In this document: piece by piece, positions 1-8,195 of the stretch
Numbering within the stretch: position 1 is the stretch's first letter
How the letters are laid out: each line of letters opens with the position of its first letter
DNA from: an uncultured Solibacteraceae bacterium
Lineage (GTDB): Bacteria > Acidobacteriota > Terriglobia > Bryobacterales > Bryobacteraceae
NCBI GenBank assembly: GCA_964406035.1
Contig: CAYOQB010000005.1
Location: 10,860 to 74,859 of the forward strand
DNA: 64,000 bases
Direction of reading: 5' to 3'
Notes under the pieces: model-generated
What the model saw: only the letters and a program-made list of their open reading frames with translations
Database searches by the model: none
What the model was told of the DNA's origin: nothing
Made by a program: the position numbers and the translations under genes

Positions 1-152
1 CGGAGGTCGCGGTCCTCCTGCTGGTACATTCCGTGGAACTTCAGCAGCGTGGTTGCGGGTTTGGAGAACCCAGTGTTTTCGTTGCCGAGCTCCTCCGCCA
101 GCGAGCCGCGGAGGTGGTTGCTGGACTGTTTCAGGGCTTCGACGACCGCCAT
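1..152 (-). CDS. Sulfite/nitrite reductase hemoprotein-like protein, N-terminal fragment (gene continues past window start)
   Basis: Reverse-strand ATG at 152. Translation is MAVVEALKQSSNHLRGSLAEELGNENTGFSKPATTLLKFHGMYQQEDRDL. It parallels the remembered E. coli CysI N-terminus (SNYLRGTIAEDL ... FHGMYQQDDRD). Not in the ORF track because it is truncated by the window edge. Confidence 0.55.
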   Translation of the reverse strand, partial: MAVVEALKQSSNHLRGSLAEELGNENTGFSKPATTLLKFHGMYQQEDRDL

Positions 153-160
153 TACACCAT

Positions 161-212
161 TGTAGATGGACAAAGGGAATTTAGCAATGAGAAAATATAA
201 TCTCCATCTACA
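161..212. repeat. Perfect 10-bp inverted repeat TGTAGATGGA / TCCATCTACA with a 32-nt AT-rich spacer
   Basis: Read directly: arms at 161-170 and 203-212. It lies in the only AT-rich stretch between the stop of the 231-2051 gene and the start of the sulfite-reductase-like gene. Confidence 0.6.
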
Positions 213-230
213 TTAGGAGATGATTTTAAA

Positions 231-2051
231 TCAATGAGTTACGATGTGGGCGGCCGTGATCTGCCAATTCCCGTCGCGCTTGGCCCATTGAAGATTGATC
301 GCACCACCCAGGCCGGAGGCAACCTTCAGCCGGGCAATGGTCTGGAATCGGCCCGTCCGGAAAGCCGGCCGACCAGCCGTAGCGGAACGCGAAGCATACC
401 CCGCGCCGCACTCCGACATGGCTGCGAGATCGTCGGAGACGCGCGCCAGCAGGAACATCTGGGCGCTGCGGTGCGGCACTTCCTGCAAGTGAGGATGGCT
501 GTGTTCGTCGGGAGCGATTAGTTCCGCGCCGCCTTGTCGGGGAAGCATCGCCAGGATCCCGCTCAGAAATGCGGCGGGCGCGCCCGCGTCCCGGATCTCC
601 GAACAGCCAGAGGCCTCCGGTGCGAAGTACGCCGCGGCTTTCGCGAAATCGCGCTTTTGGAGCCATGTCGCGAAAAAGTCTTCCGTCGCCTGAATCAGCT
701 CGGGCTCGGCGCGAAACTCTTTGGCCCGCGATGCGGCGGCAGCCGGACGCGGGGCGGTCGCCGGAGCCGCGGCTCGCTGAAACGGATGCTCCAGGTGCCA
801 GGAAACCACCTTCCAGTAACCCTCTTCCTTGCTCCACACTTGCGTCAGATAAGTCGGTCCGCCGTTCTCTCTGCGCAACCGCGTGATGGACGCATATTTG
901 TCGCCGAACTGATGGGATACCGCGGGCAGTTCCTCGGCGAGGTCGGTCTTCAACCGCACCCGGCAATCTAACGCCCGAGCGTCATCGTCCGCGAGCTGCT
1001 CCAGACTGAAGAGCTTGCCATGCGGGTGCTGGATGGGCCGAGCTCCGGGAGCGTACAACGGTGCGCCCTGCACGACTTCTTCAAGCGAGTTCACCCTTCC
1101 GTAAGCCCGCGCGGCTTTGCGCATCTGCTCCAGAATTCGCAGGTTTGCGAGATTGCTGTCGATGCTCTCGCCTGTCTGGAACTCCGCCAGGCACGCATAG
1201 GAGACGATCGAGAGATACGCGAAGGCCTGCTCCGGCTTGCCGTCTACCAGCCAGCTTTGCAGATAGTCATGAACGGCGTCTTCCAGAGGGGCCGATGCCT
1301 TCACACGAGGCGTATCCGGAACCGGAATGTTCAGCGCGACAGAGACGGTTTGTGCCGGCGCGGCAAACAAGCCCAGGAAGTCGCGCCACCATTCCTCAAA
1401 ACCGTTCCAACGCCTGGCGTGCACTCTCGGGTTGTTCCCGGCGCGAACATCGGAATTCGCAGCCGTCAAGTGACCGTTTACCAGCGCCTTCGGGCCGGAG
1501 GAGGAACGATAATCTACGTCGATGTCGGCGCGCCGTCCTGTACGCGTCACCGAGATCTGAATGGACGGGGTCCCCCCCTGCTGCCGGAAGTTGATCGGAT
1601 AGCCCAGGTGGTAAATGGTGTTGTCGCCGGTGCGCTTGAACTCCTTGGACGCGTAGAGCCGGTCCAGCGCATTCTTCTTGAGCTTCACATAGAGCCGGAA
1701 CTGATGATCGCCCCGCGAGCCCGGCAACTGCCCGTGGGCCGACTCCACCATTTCCACCAGGTCCAGCGCCTTGCCCAGCGAAGTCCCGTTCTCCGCCGTG
1801 AGCGGAGTGTTCAGCAGCGCGTGAGTGACGGCGTCGAAGGTCGTGCGCGTGGACAGCGTCAGTGATTCGTAGGTCGCAACGTCCAGCTTCTTCCCAGTAA
1901 TGCGGCCGAATTCCGTCAGCCAAGCCTGTACCAGTTTCTTCTGCTCCGGACGCAGGTTCCCGTAGCTACCCTCGGCCGGTCCGGTATACGGGCGTTTCTG
2001 GGCAGCCGCGACAGCAACCAGCAGGATAGAGACAAGCAGACGAATCATCAT
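231..2051 (-). CDS. Secreted hypothetical protein (606 aa)
   Basis: Long ORF with G/C-rich third positions. N-terminal signal-like segment MMIRLLVSILLVAVAAAQ. No family recognised. Confidence 0.7.
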   Translation of the reverse strand: MMIRLLVSILLVAVAAAQKRPYTGPAEGSYGNLRPEQKKLVQAWLTEFGRITGKKLDVATYESLTLSTRTTFDAVTHALLNTPLTAENGTSLGKALDLVEMVESAHGQLPGSRGDHQFRLYVKLKKNALDRLYASKEFKRTGDNTIYHLGYPINFRQQGGTPSIQISVTRTGRRADIDVDYRSSSGPKALVNGHLTAANSDVRAGNNPRVHARRWNGFEEWWRDFLGLFAAPAQTVSVALNIPVPDTPRVKASAPLEDAVHDYLQSWLVDGKPEQAFAYLSIVSYACLAEFQTGESIDSNLANLRILEQMRKAARAYGRVNSLEEVVQGAPLYAPGARPIQHPHGKLFSLEQLADDDARALDCRVRLKTDLAEELPAVSHQFGDKYASITRLRRENGGPTYLTQVWSKEEGYWKVVSWHLEHPFQRAAAPATAPRPAAAASRAKEFRAEPELIQATEDFFATWLQKRDFAKAAAYFAPEASGCSEIRDAGAPAAFLSGILAMLPRQGGAELIAPDEHSHPHLQEVPHRSAQMFLLARVSDDLAAMSECGAGYASRSATAGRPAFRTGRFQTIARLKVASGLGGAINLQWAKRDGNWQITAAHIVTH

Positions 2052-2116
2052 GGTGGAATCCGGTAAGAAGATGGCGCCCGGCCGCCAACTGGTGTAATTT
2101 ATTGCATCGGTTCCGG

Positions 2117-4660
2117 CTACTTGGCATCCCGCCAGTTGTCCCCAACTCCGACCTCCACCAGCAGGGGGACATTCAGGGCGCAGACGCTCTCCATCTCCGC
2201 CTTCACCAGCGCTGCAACCTCCGCGGTTTCGGATTCCGGCGCCTCGAACACCAATTCGTCGTGTACCTGCAGCAGCATGCGAGCCTCGTACTCGTTCAGC
2301 CGCTCCTGAATGCGGATCATCGCCAGCTTGATCAGGTCCGCCGCCGTGCCCTGCAGCGGCGTGTTCACCGCGGTCCGTTCCGCGAAGCCGCGGGCGTTCG
2401 GGTTGCGCGAGTTCATATCGGGAATGGGCCGCTCGCGCCCCAGCAGCGTTCGCGACATCCCGGTGCGCCGCACGTCGGCGATGGTCTGGTCGATGAAGGT
2501 CCGCACTCCCGCGTATCGCTCGAAGTACGCCTTGATGTAGCGCTCCGCTTCCTTGCGGTCGATGCCCAACTGCTGCGCCAGCCCGAACGGCGTCTGCCCG
2601 TACACGATCCCGAAGTTCACCGCTTTCGCGCTGCGGCGTTGGTCCGGCGTGATCATGAGCGGGGGCACGCCCAGCACCTCCGCCGCGGTGCGGGTGTGAA
2701 TGTCCTCGCCGCGGCGGAACGCGTCGGTCAGTACCGGATCCCCCGACATATGCGCCAGCAGCCGCAACTCGATCTGCGAATAGTCGGCGACAATCAGCTT
2801 CCAGCCGGGCTCCGGCACGAAGGCCGCGCGGATCTCGCGTCCCAGTCCGGTGCGAATCGGGATGTTCTGCAGGTTCGGATTCGAGGAAGAGAGCCGCCCG
2901 GTGGCCGCGCCCGCCGGATTGAACGTCGTATGTACGCGTCCCGTTCGCGGATCGATCAACTGCGGCAGTGCGTCGACATACGTTCCCTTCAGTTTGGTCA
3001 GTTGCCGGTACTCCAGGACCTTGCGGGCGATCTCATGCTCCTCGGCGATCGCCTCCAGGACATCGGCGGCCGTGGACGCCGTCTTGCCCCGGCCATAGCG
3101 GCTGACCATCGGGATCGCCAGGTCCTCGAACAGCACCTTGCTCAACTGCTGCGGCGAGTTGATATTGAACGGCTTGCCCGAAAGCTGGAAAATTTCCTCC
3201 GCCAGCCGCGCGATGTCGAAATCCATGCGCCCGCCGAGCTCGCGCAGCGCCGCCGGCTCCACCCGGATCCCGGTCAGCTCCATCCCCGCCAGCACCGGCG
3301 CGAGCGGCAGATCGATGTGGTCGTAAACCGGTCGAAGCCCGCGCGCTTCCACCTCCCCGGCCAGCTTCTCGCGCAGCGACAGGATCAGATCCGCCTGCTC
3401 GGAGAGGTCGGAGGTGAACTTGCGATCCAGGTGAATCTCGCTCAGCACCTCCAGGTTCGCGGCCGACGGCTCCGCCGCCAGCAGGAACCCGTACAGCATC
3501 GTGTCGTGCTCGAAAGCCGGAGGATCCAAGCCCATCCGCCGGAACTCCACCATCAGGCTCTTGACGTCATGTCCGGTGCGAACCCGCTCCACCAGTTCGC
3601 CCGCCAGCGCCAGCGGAAAGCAGCGACCTGAATTCGCCGCCGACGACAACCCGATCTGCCGCTCGTGCAGGTCCTGCGCCGCGCCCAGCGTAATGGCCAG
3701 CGGCGCTGCCGGATCCAGTCCGGAAGCCCACGCCGCCACCTCTGCCTCGTCCCTCAACTCCGCGTAGTCGCGCGCAACCTCGCTCTGCTCGCCGGATTCC
3801 AAATCCTTCAACAGGCTGAAGAACTCCAGTTCTTTGTAGAGGGCCTTCAGCTCCGCTGTCGAGGGCTCCCGAGACTTCAGCGATTCCAGCTCCACATCCA
3901 GCGGCACCGAGGTGTGAATCGTCGCCAGCTCCAGGCTCAGCCGAATTCGGTCCCGATTGTTCTGCAGACTCTCGCGATACATCTTGCGCTCCACTTCATC
4001 GGCGCGGCGCAGCGCTTCCTCGACGCTGCCGAACTTCTGGATCAGGTCGCGAGCCCCCTTGTCCCCGATGCCCGGCGCACCCGGTATGTTGTCCACCGCG
4101 TCGCCCTTCAACGCCAGCAGGTCGGCCACCTGCCACGGCTTCACGCCCATGTACTCCTCTGTGGCCGCGATGTCGTAGACCTTGTCATCCTTCATCGGGT
4201 TCAGCATCACTATGCGATCGCTGACCAGTTGCAGCATGTCCTTGTCGCTCGAAACGATCACGACTTCCATGCCCTTACTCTCCGCCTGCCGCGCCAGCGT
4301 CCCGATGACGTCGTCCGCCTCGAAGTTGTCGTATTCCAGGATGGGAATGTTCATCGCCGCCACCACCTTGCGGACATACGGAATCTGCTCCAGCAGATCC
4401 GCGGGCGTTTCTGTCCGGTTGGCCTTGTATTCAGTAAACTTTTCGTCGCGGAACGTCGGACCCATGCTCTCGAACACCGCCGCGATGTACTCCGGATGCT
4501 GCGTATTCAGCAGCTTCCGCACCATGTTGTGGAAGATGTAGACCGCCTCCGTGGAGAAACCGCGATGCGTCCGCATCGGCGGCGCGTTCGACCGCGCCCG
4601 CGCATGATACGCGCGGAAGATGAACCCGAAGGAATCGATCAGAAAAAGGCGGGCGGCCAT
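2117..4660 (-). CDS. polA: DNA polymerase I
   Basis: 847-aa ORF. 5'-nuclease N-terminus (LIDSFGFIFRAYHA, GDAVDNIPGAPGIG). Family-A polymerase motifs DYSQIELR, RRSAKAVNFGIVYG and QVHDELV. Confidence 0.97.
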   Translation of the reverse strand: MAARLFLIDSFGFIFRAYHARARSNAPPMRTHRGFSTEAVYIFHNMVRKLLNTQHPEYIAAVFESMGPTFRDEKFTEYKANRTETPADLLEQIPYVRKVVAAMNIPILEYDNFEADDVIGTLARQAESKGMEVVIVSSDKDMLQLVSDRIVMLNPMKDDKVYDIAATEEYMGVKPWQVADLLALKGDAVDNIPGAPGIGDKGARDLIQKFGSVEEALRRADEVERKMYRESLQNNRDRIRLSLELATIHTSVPLDVELESLKSREPSTAELKALYKELEFFSLLKDLESGEQSEVARDYAELRDEAEVAAWASGLDPAAPLAITLGAAQDLHERQIGLSSAANSGRCFPLALAGELVERVRTGHDVKSLMVEFRRMGLDPPAFEHDTMLYGFLLAAEPSAANLEVLSEIHLDRKFTSDLSEQADLILSLREKLAGEVEARGLRPVYDHIDLPLAPVLAGMELTGIRVEPAALRELGGRMDFDIARLAEEIFQLSGKPFNINSPQQLSKVLFEDLAIPMVSRYGRGKTASTAADVLEAIAEEHEIARKVLEYRQLTKLKGTYVDALPQLIDPRTGRVHTTFNPAGAATGRLSSSNPNLQNIPIRTGLGREIRAAFVPEPGWKLIVADYSQIELRLLAHMSGDPVLTDAFRRGEDIHTRTAAEVLGVPPLMITPDQRRSAKAVNFGIVYGQTPFGLAQQLGIDRKEAERYIKAYFERYAGVRTFIDQTIADVRRTGMSRTLLGRERPIPDMNSRNPNARGFAERTAVNTPLQGTAADLIKLAMIRIQERLNEYEARMLLQVHDELVFEAPESETAEVAALVKAEMESVCALNVPLLVEVGVGDNWRDAK

Positions 4661-4815
4661 CAGTCGGCATCATCGTATCACGCCGTCGCGCCGGGGGACG
4701 CTCCCGGTGCGGGCGAAGGGACAGAGAAAATGCAGTTAGTCCCACGGGTCCTAGGACAATCCACAGCGCAATTTGTGGCCGTTCAGCCACACCATCAGGA
4801 CTGAGAGCGTGGTGG

Positions 4816-4848
4816 TTCCGCCACAGTTGTAACGGCGGAAGTCTTTTT
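4816..4848 (+). terminator. Candidate intrinsic terminator in the polA-lpxC divergent spacer
   Basis: 7-bp GC-rich stem TTCCGCC (4816-4822) / GGCGGAA (4834-4840) with an 11-nt loop, followed by GTCTTTTT. No annotated + strand gene lies upstream. Confidence 0.4.
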
Positions 4849-4956
4849 ACATCAAACGGCTAGAGAACTGAGAAGCGTTACTGTTACAATGTCGGTCTCG
4901 GAGGAAGATATCGTCAGCCGGGCGAGTTCCGGTCCGGACTGAGGAGGCTCTTTCAA

Positions 4957-5847
4957 TTGCGCTTTGAAACCACGGTACAACGCCCCGTGGAGGCCAGCGG
5001 TATCGGACTTCACAGTGGCGCTCGGGTCCGCATTCGCATCCTGCCCGCGCCACCTTCCACTGGAATCGTCTTTGTCCGCACGGACCTGAACAACTTCCTG
5101 GTCCCGGCAAGCTGGCGGCACGTGGCCAAGGTCAGCTACGCCACCAGCTTGATGCGGCAGGGCGTCCTGATCTCCACCACCGAACACCTGCTCAGCGTTT
5201 TCTATAGCATGGGCGTCGACAACGCCTACGTCGAGATCGACAATCTGGAGGTGCCCATCCTCGACGGGTCCGGCCAGCCTTTCGTCAAGCTGTTGCGCGA
5301 AGCAGGGTTGAAGACCTACCGCCGCCGCAGGCGATACCTGCGCATCCGCCGTCCCGTCTCGGTGGAGGACGGCAGCAAGCGCATCAGCATTCTGCCTTCG
5401 GACCGCTTCCTGCTCACCTGCGACGTCTTCTTCGATCATCCTCAGGTGGGACGCCAGACGCTCGAAATGGAGCTGACGCCGGAGCGCTACGCCTCCGACA
5501 TCGCCCCCGCGCGCACCTTTGGATTTGAATACGAGCTCGACAAGATGCGCGAAATGGGCCTGATTCGCGGCGCATCGCTCGAGAACGCGGTCTGCTTCGA
5601 TCGCACAGCGATTCTGAATCCGGATGGCCTCCGCTTTCCCGACGAGTGCTGCCGGCACAAGGCCCTGGATCTCATCGGCGATCTGGCGCTGATCGGCCGG
5701 CCCCTGCTGGGGCATGTGATCGCCGAACGCGCCGGCCATGCCATGCACACGGCCCTGGTGGCGAAAATCGCCTCCGACCCCACGTTGTACGAAATCCTCA
5801 GTTTCGACCAACTGGCAGACCGCGTGGCCCACGCGCTGGTGTCCTGA
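4957..5847 (+). CDS. lpxC: UDP-3-O-acyl-N-acetylglucosamine deacetylase
   Basis: TTG start preceded by GAGGAGG (4942-4948). MRFETTVQRPVEASGIGLHSGA N-terminus, HKALDLIGDL and GHAMH motifs typical of LpxC. Confidence 0.93.
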   Translation: MRFETTVQRPVEASGIGLHSGARVRIRILPAPPSTGIVFVRTDLNNFLVPASWRHVAKVSYATSLMRQGVLISTTEHLLSVFYSMGVDNAYVEIDNLEVPILDGSGQPFVKLLREAGLKTYRRRRRYLRIRRPVSVEDGSKRISILPSDRFLLTCDVFFDHPQVGRQTLEMELTPERYASDIAPARTFGFEYELDKMREMGLIRGASLENAVCFDRTAILNPDGLRFPDECCRHKALDLIGDLALIGRPLLGHVIAERAGHAMHTALVAKIASDPTLYEILSFDQLADRVAHALVS

Positions 5848-5851
5848 AGCC

Positions 5852-6415
5852 TTGCGCCGCCACATTCCCAACGCGATCTCGCTGGCGCGCCTGCTGGCCG
5901 CTCCCGTCCTGGCGCGCTGGATCTGGAATCGCGAATACGAGTACGCCCTCATCCTGCTGGCGGTGGCCGGCCTCACCGACCTGCTCGACGGTTTCCTTTC
6001 CCGCCGCTGGAAAGTGGCGTCGCAAAGCGGCGCTTACCTGGACCCGCTGGCCGACAAGGCGCTGCTGGTTAGCGCCTACATCGCGGGCGGGCTCGATGGC
6101 CTGATTCCCGCCTGGCTGATGTGGCTGGTGTTGGGACGCGATCTGCTGATCCTGTCGATGGTCGCGGCCGGGTTCGCCTTCACCGCGCACCGCTCCTTCC
6201 CCCCGGCGCTTACCGGCAAGCTCAGCACCGTGGTGCAGATCTTCTATGGGCTGGTCCTGCTGTACAACCGCTCCATGCTGGCCGACGAAAATCGGGCCGG
6301 TCCGGTGGAGAACGCGATGTTCTGGGCAGTGGCCGCAATCACCATCGTGAGCGGCCTGGATTACATGGTTCGTGGGTACCGTATGCTGCGCTCCGATCCC
6401 GCGGCGAGTGGCTAG
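5852..6415 (+). CDS. CDP-alcohol phosphatidyltransferase family protein (PgsA-like)
   Basis: Signature D-x2-DG-x2-(A/S)R-x8-G-x3-D-x3-D seen as DLLDGFLSRRWKVASQSGAYLDPLAD. Multiple hydrophobic helices. Start moved to in-frame TTG 5852 just after the lpxC stop, because the track start 5738 lies inside lpxC. Start is uncertain. Confidence 0.82.
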   Translation: MRRHIPNAISLARLLAAPVLARWIWNREYEYALILLAVAGLTDLLDGFLSRRWKVASQSGAYLDPLADKALLVSAYIAGGLDGLIPAWLMWLVLGRDLLILSMVAAGFAFTAHRSFPPALTGKLSTVVQIFYGLVLLYNRSMLADENRAGPVENAMFWAVAAITIVSGLDYMVRGYRMLRSDPAASG

Positions 6416-6517
6416 CGGCGGGGCACGGTGCGCGGCGATGGGCTTCTCGGGACGAGAGCCGTCTGGACGCCAACTACGAACCTGTGTCATCATCGGTGCG
6501 ACCACGAGGGTAGTAAT

Positions 6518-6727
6518 ATGGCTGACCGCAAACAATTTCAGAACGTCCCGGACCCCGATCCGGAGTTGCTCCAGCTCTTGGAGCAGTCACGCAATCACGT
6601 CCTGACTGAAGAGGAACTGCGGGAGCAGAGGGTTAGCTTTGCTTTCGGAAATGCGCCCGTTTCCAGCGCCGAGCGGATCACCAAGGAAAGCGTTCGAGCC
6701 GCGTCAGTTCACATTCGGATGCTCTGA
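6518..6727 (+). CDS. Small hypothetical protein (69 aa)
   Basis: Internal ATG of the 6428-6727 ORF, preceded by GAGGG 7 nt upstream. Lower GC than neighbours. No family recognised. An in-frame open stretch continues after its TGA (see findings). Confidence 0.45.
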   Translation: MADRKQFQNVPDPDPELLQLLEQSRNHVLTEEELREQRVSFAFGNAPVSSAERITKESVRAASVHIRML

Positions 6728-7013
6728 GCTGACGAAGACCAGTCGGCCCGCCAAAGAATCAATGTCCATCGGAATGATCCGGACCTCTGGGGGATAGTGC
6801 AAAACGGGCACTTCGATGTTTCAGACCTGACGAACTACTTGGGCCGGCTATTGAAACAGCAACTCGCCGATCAGTGAAACACCGGGCCTACCTTGCGAAT
6901 CGTACCCGCGGCAAGAACCATTTGGCAGTCGCCCAACGTCGTCGGCCTTGACCTGACCTCTTGGGAGAAAAGGCCTCATTGACGCCCCGCTGGAACAGGG
7001 TTAGGCTGAAGAA

Positions 7014-7586
7014 GTGAGCGCCCCCGTTGCACGCTACCGGCCGGCCCGCCAGTATCATACCTGGGCTCTGGTGGCGTTCGCGATGGCTGCGTTCTCCTTC
7101 TGGTGCGGCTTGCGCTGGACCCCCGCGTTCCTGCCCTCCATGCTTTTGCTGCTCTCCAGCGCGCTCATGCTGGTTCTGGCCACCCGTCCCACTATCGAAG
7201 TCCACGACGAGCACCTGCGCATCGGGCGCGCCTTGATCCCCTGGAATCAGATCCGCCGTCTGGACCGCACCGGCTGGATTTCGCCGCTGGTCCTCTACAT
7301 CACTCTGCTCGAAGACAAGCGCCTGCTGGTGATCTACCCGGGCGATCTCGAATCCGCCACCAGCCTGTTGCGGCAGTTGCGCCGCAACTCGCGCGAAGCC
7401 TTGATCGACGGGATCCCGTACCGGCAGTTCTGGGGCGAAGCCCTGACCCCCGCTCCGGATCGCGCCCAGCCCGCCCCCAACCGCTACCCCATCCTGCGGC
7501 CTGAGGACGAGGCCGAGATCGAACGCATGTTCCAGCGGTTGAAGACCGTGGGCCACCTGGACCCCAAGAATTCCCCTGACGAGTAG
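7014..7586 (+). CDS. Membrane protein, hypothetical (two N-terminal TM helices plus soluble domain)
   Basis: 190-aa ORF with a GTG start. Hydrophobic segments WALVAFAMAAFSFWCGL and FLPSMLLLLSSALMLVLA. Its stop overlaps the start of the next gene (TAGTG). Confidence 0.65.
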   Translation: MSAPVARYRPARQYHTWALVAFAMAAFSFWCGLRWTPAFLPSMLLLLSSALMLVLATRPTIEVHDEHLRIGRALIPWNQIRRLDRTGWISPLVLYITLLEDKRLLVIYPGDLESATSLLRQLRRNSREALIDGIPYRQFWGEALTPAPDRAQPAPNRYPILRPEDEAEIERMFQRLKTVGHLDPKNSPDE

Positions 7587-8191
7587 TGAAGAAGGCCAAA
7601 TCCAGAGGCCGCGGCCGCGCCTGGCTGATCGTTCTGGGATTTGCCCTGCTGCTGTTCTTCACCCGCGCCGCCTGGCTGGGCTGGATGGGCGACGCGCTGG
7701 TGCAATCGGAAGAGCCCAGACGCGCCGACGCCATCCTCGTCCTCGCCGGCGATGCCTGGGGCAATCGTATCCGCAAAGGCGCCGATCTCTCGCGACAGGG
7801 CTTCGCGCCCCTGGTGTTCGTCAGCGGACCCGAGGGGCTGTACGGCTTCCATGAAAGCGAGCTCGCCATCCGCTACGCGGTGAAGCAGGGCTATCCCGAG
7901 GATATGTTTGTCGCGCTGCCCAACACCGCGCGCTCCACCGCCGAAGAGGCGGAGCAGATCCTGCCGCGATTGGAGCAGCGAGGCGTGAAGTCCCTGATTC
8001 TGGTCACCAGCAACTATCACACCCGCCGCGCTGGGGCCACCTTCCGCGGACGCGCCGGAAACATGAACATCACCGTGGTCGCCGCCCCGGACCGGACCTT
8101 CGATCCCGCAAACTGGTGGAAGTCCCGCGACGGGCAGAAACAGTGGTTCTTTGAGGCCACCAAGAGCCTCGCGTCCGTGCTTGGAATTTGA
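7586..8191 (+). CDS. YdcF/ElyC (DUF218) family protein
   Basis: N-terminal TM anchor. Blocks ADAILVLAGD, VFVSGP, NTARSTAEEA and LILVTSNYHTRRA are typical of DUF218. Confidence 0.8.
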   Translation: MKKAKSRGRGRAWLIVLGFALLLFFTRAAWLGWMGDALVQSEEPRRADAILVLAGDAWGNRIRKGADLSRQGFAPLVFVSGPEGLYGFHESELAIRYAVKQGYPEDMFVALPNTARSTAEEAEQILPRLEQRGVKSLILVTSNYHTRRAGATFRGRAGNMNITVVAAPDRTFDPANWWKSRDGQKQWFFEATKSLASVLGI

Positions 8192-8195
8192 ACGC

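Noticed and set aside
2102-4804. Long plus-strand ORFs (509 aa at 2102-3631 and 379 aa at 3665-4804) overlapping polA
   Set aside because: They are antisense to an unmistakable polA. Their translations are Arg/His/Gln/Leu-rich low-complexity strings typical of antisense frames in GC-rich DNA, with no recognisable motifs.
6518-6727. Idea that the 69-aa ORF is a VbhA/FicA-type antitoxin
   Set aside because: The candidate motif SFAFGN lacks the Glu of the (S/T)xxxE(G/N) inhibitory motif, and no Fic-domain or other toxin gene is adjacent.
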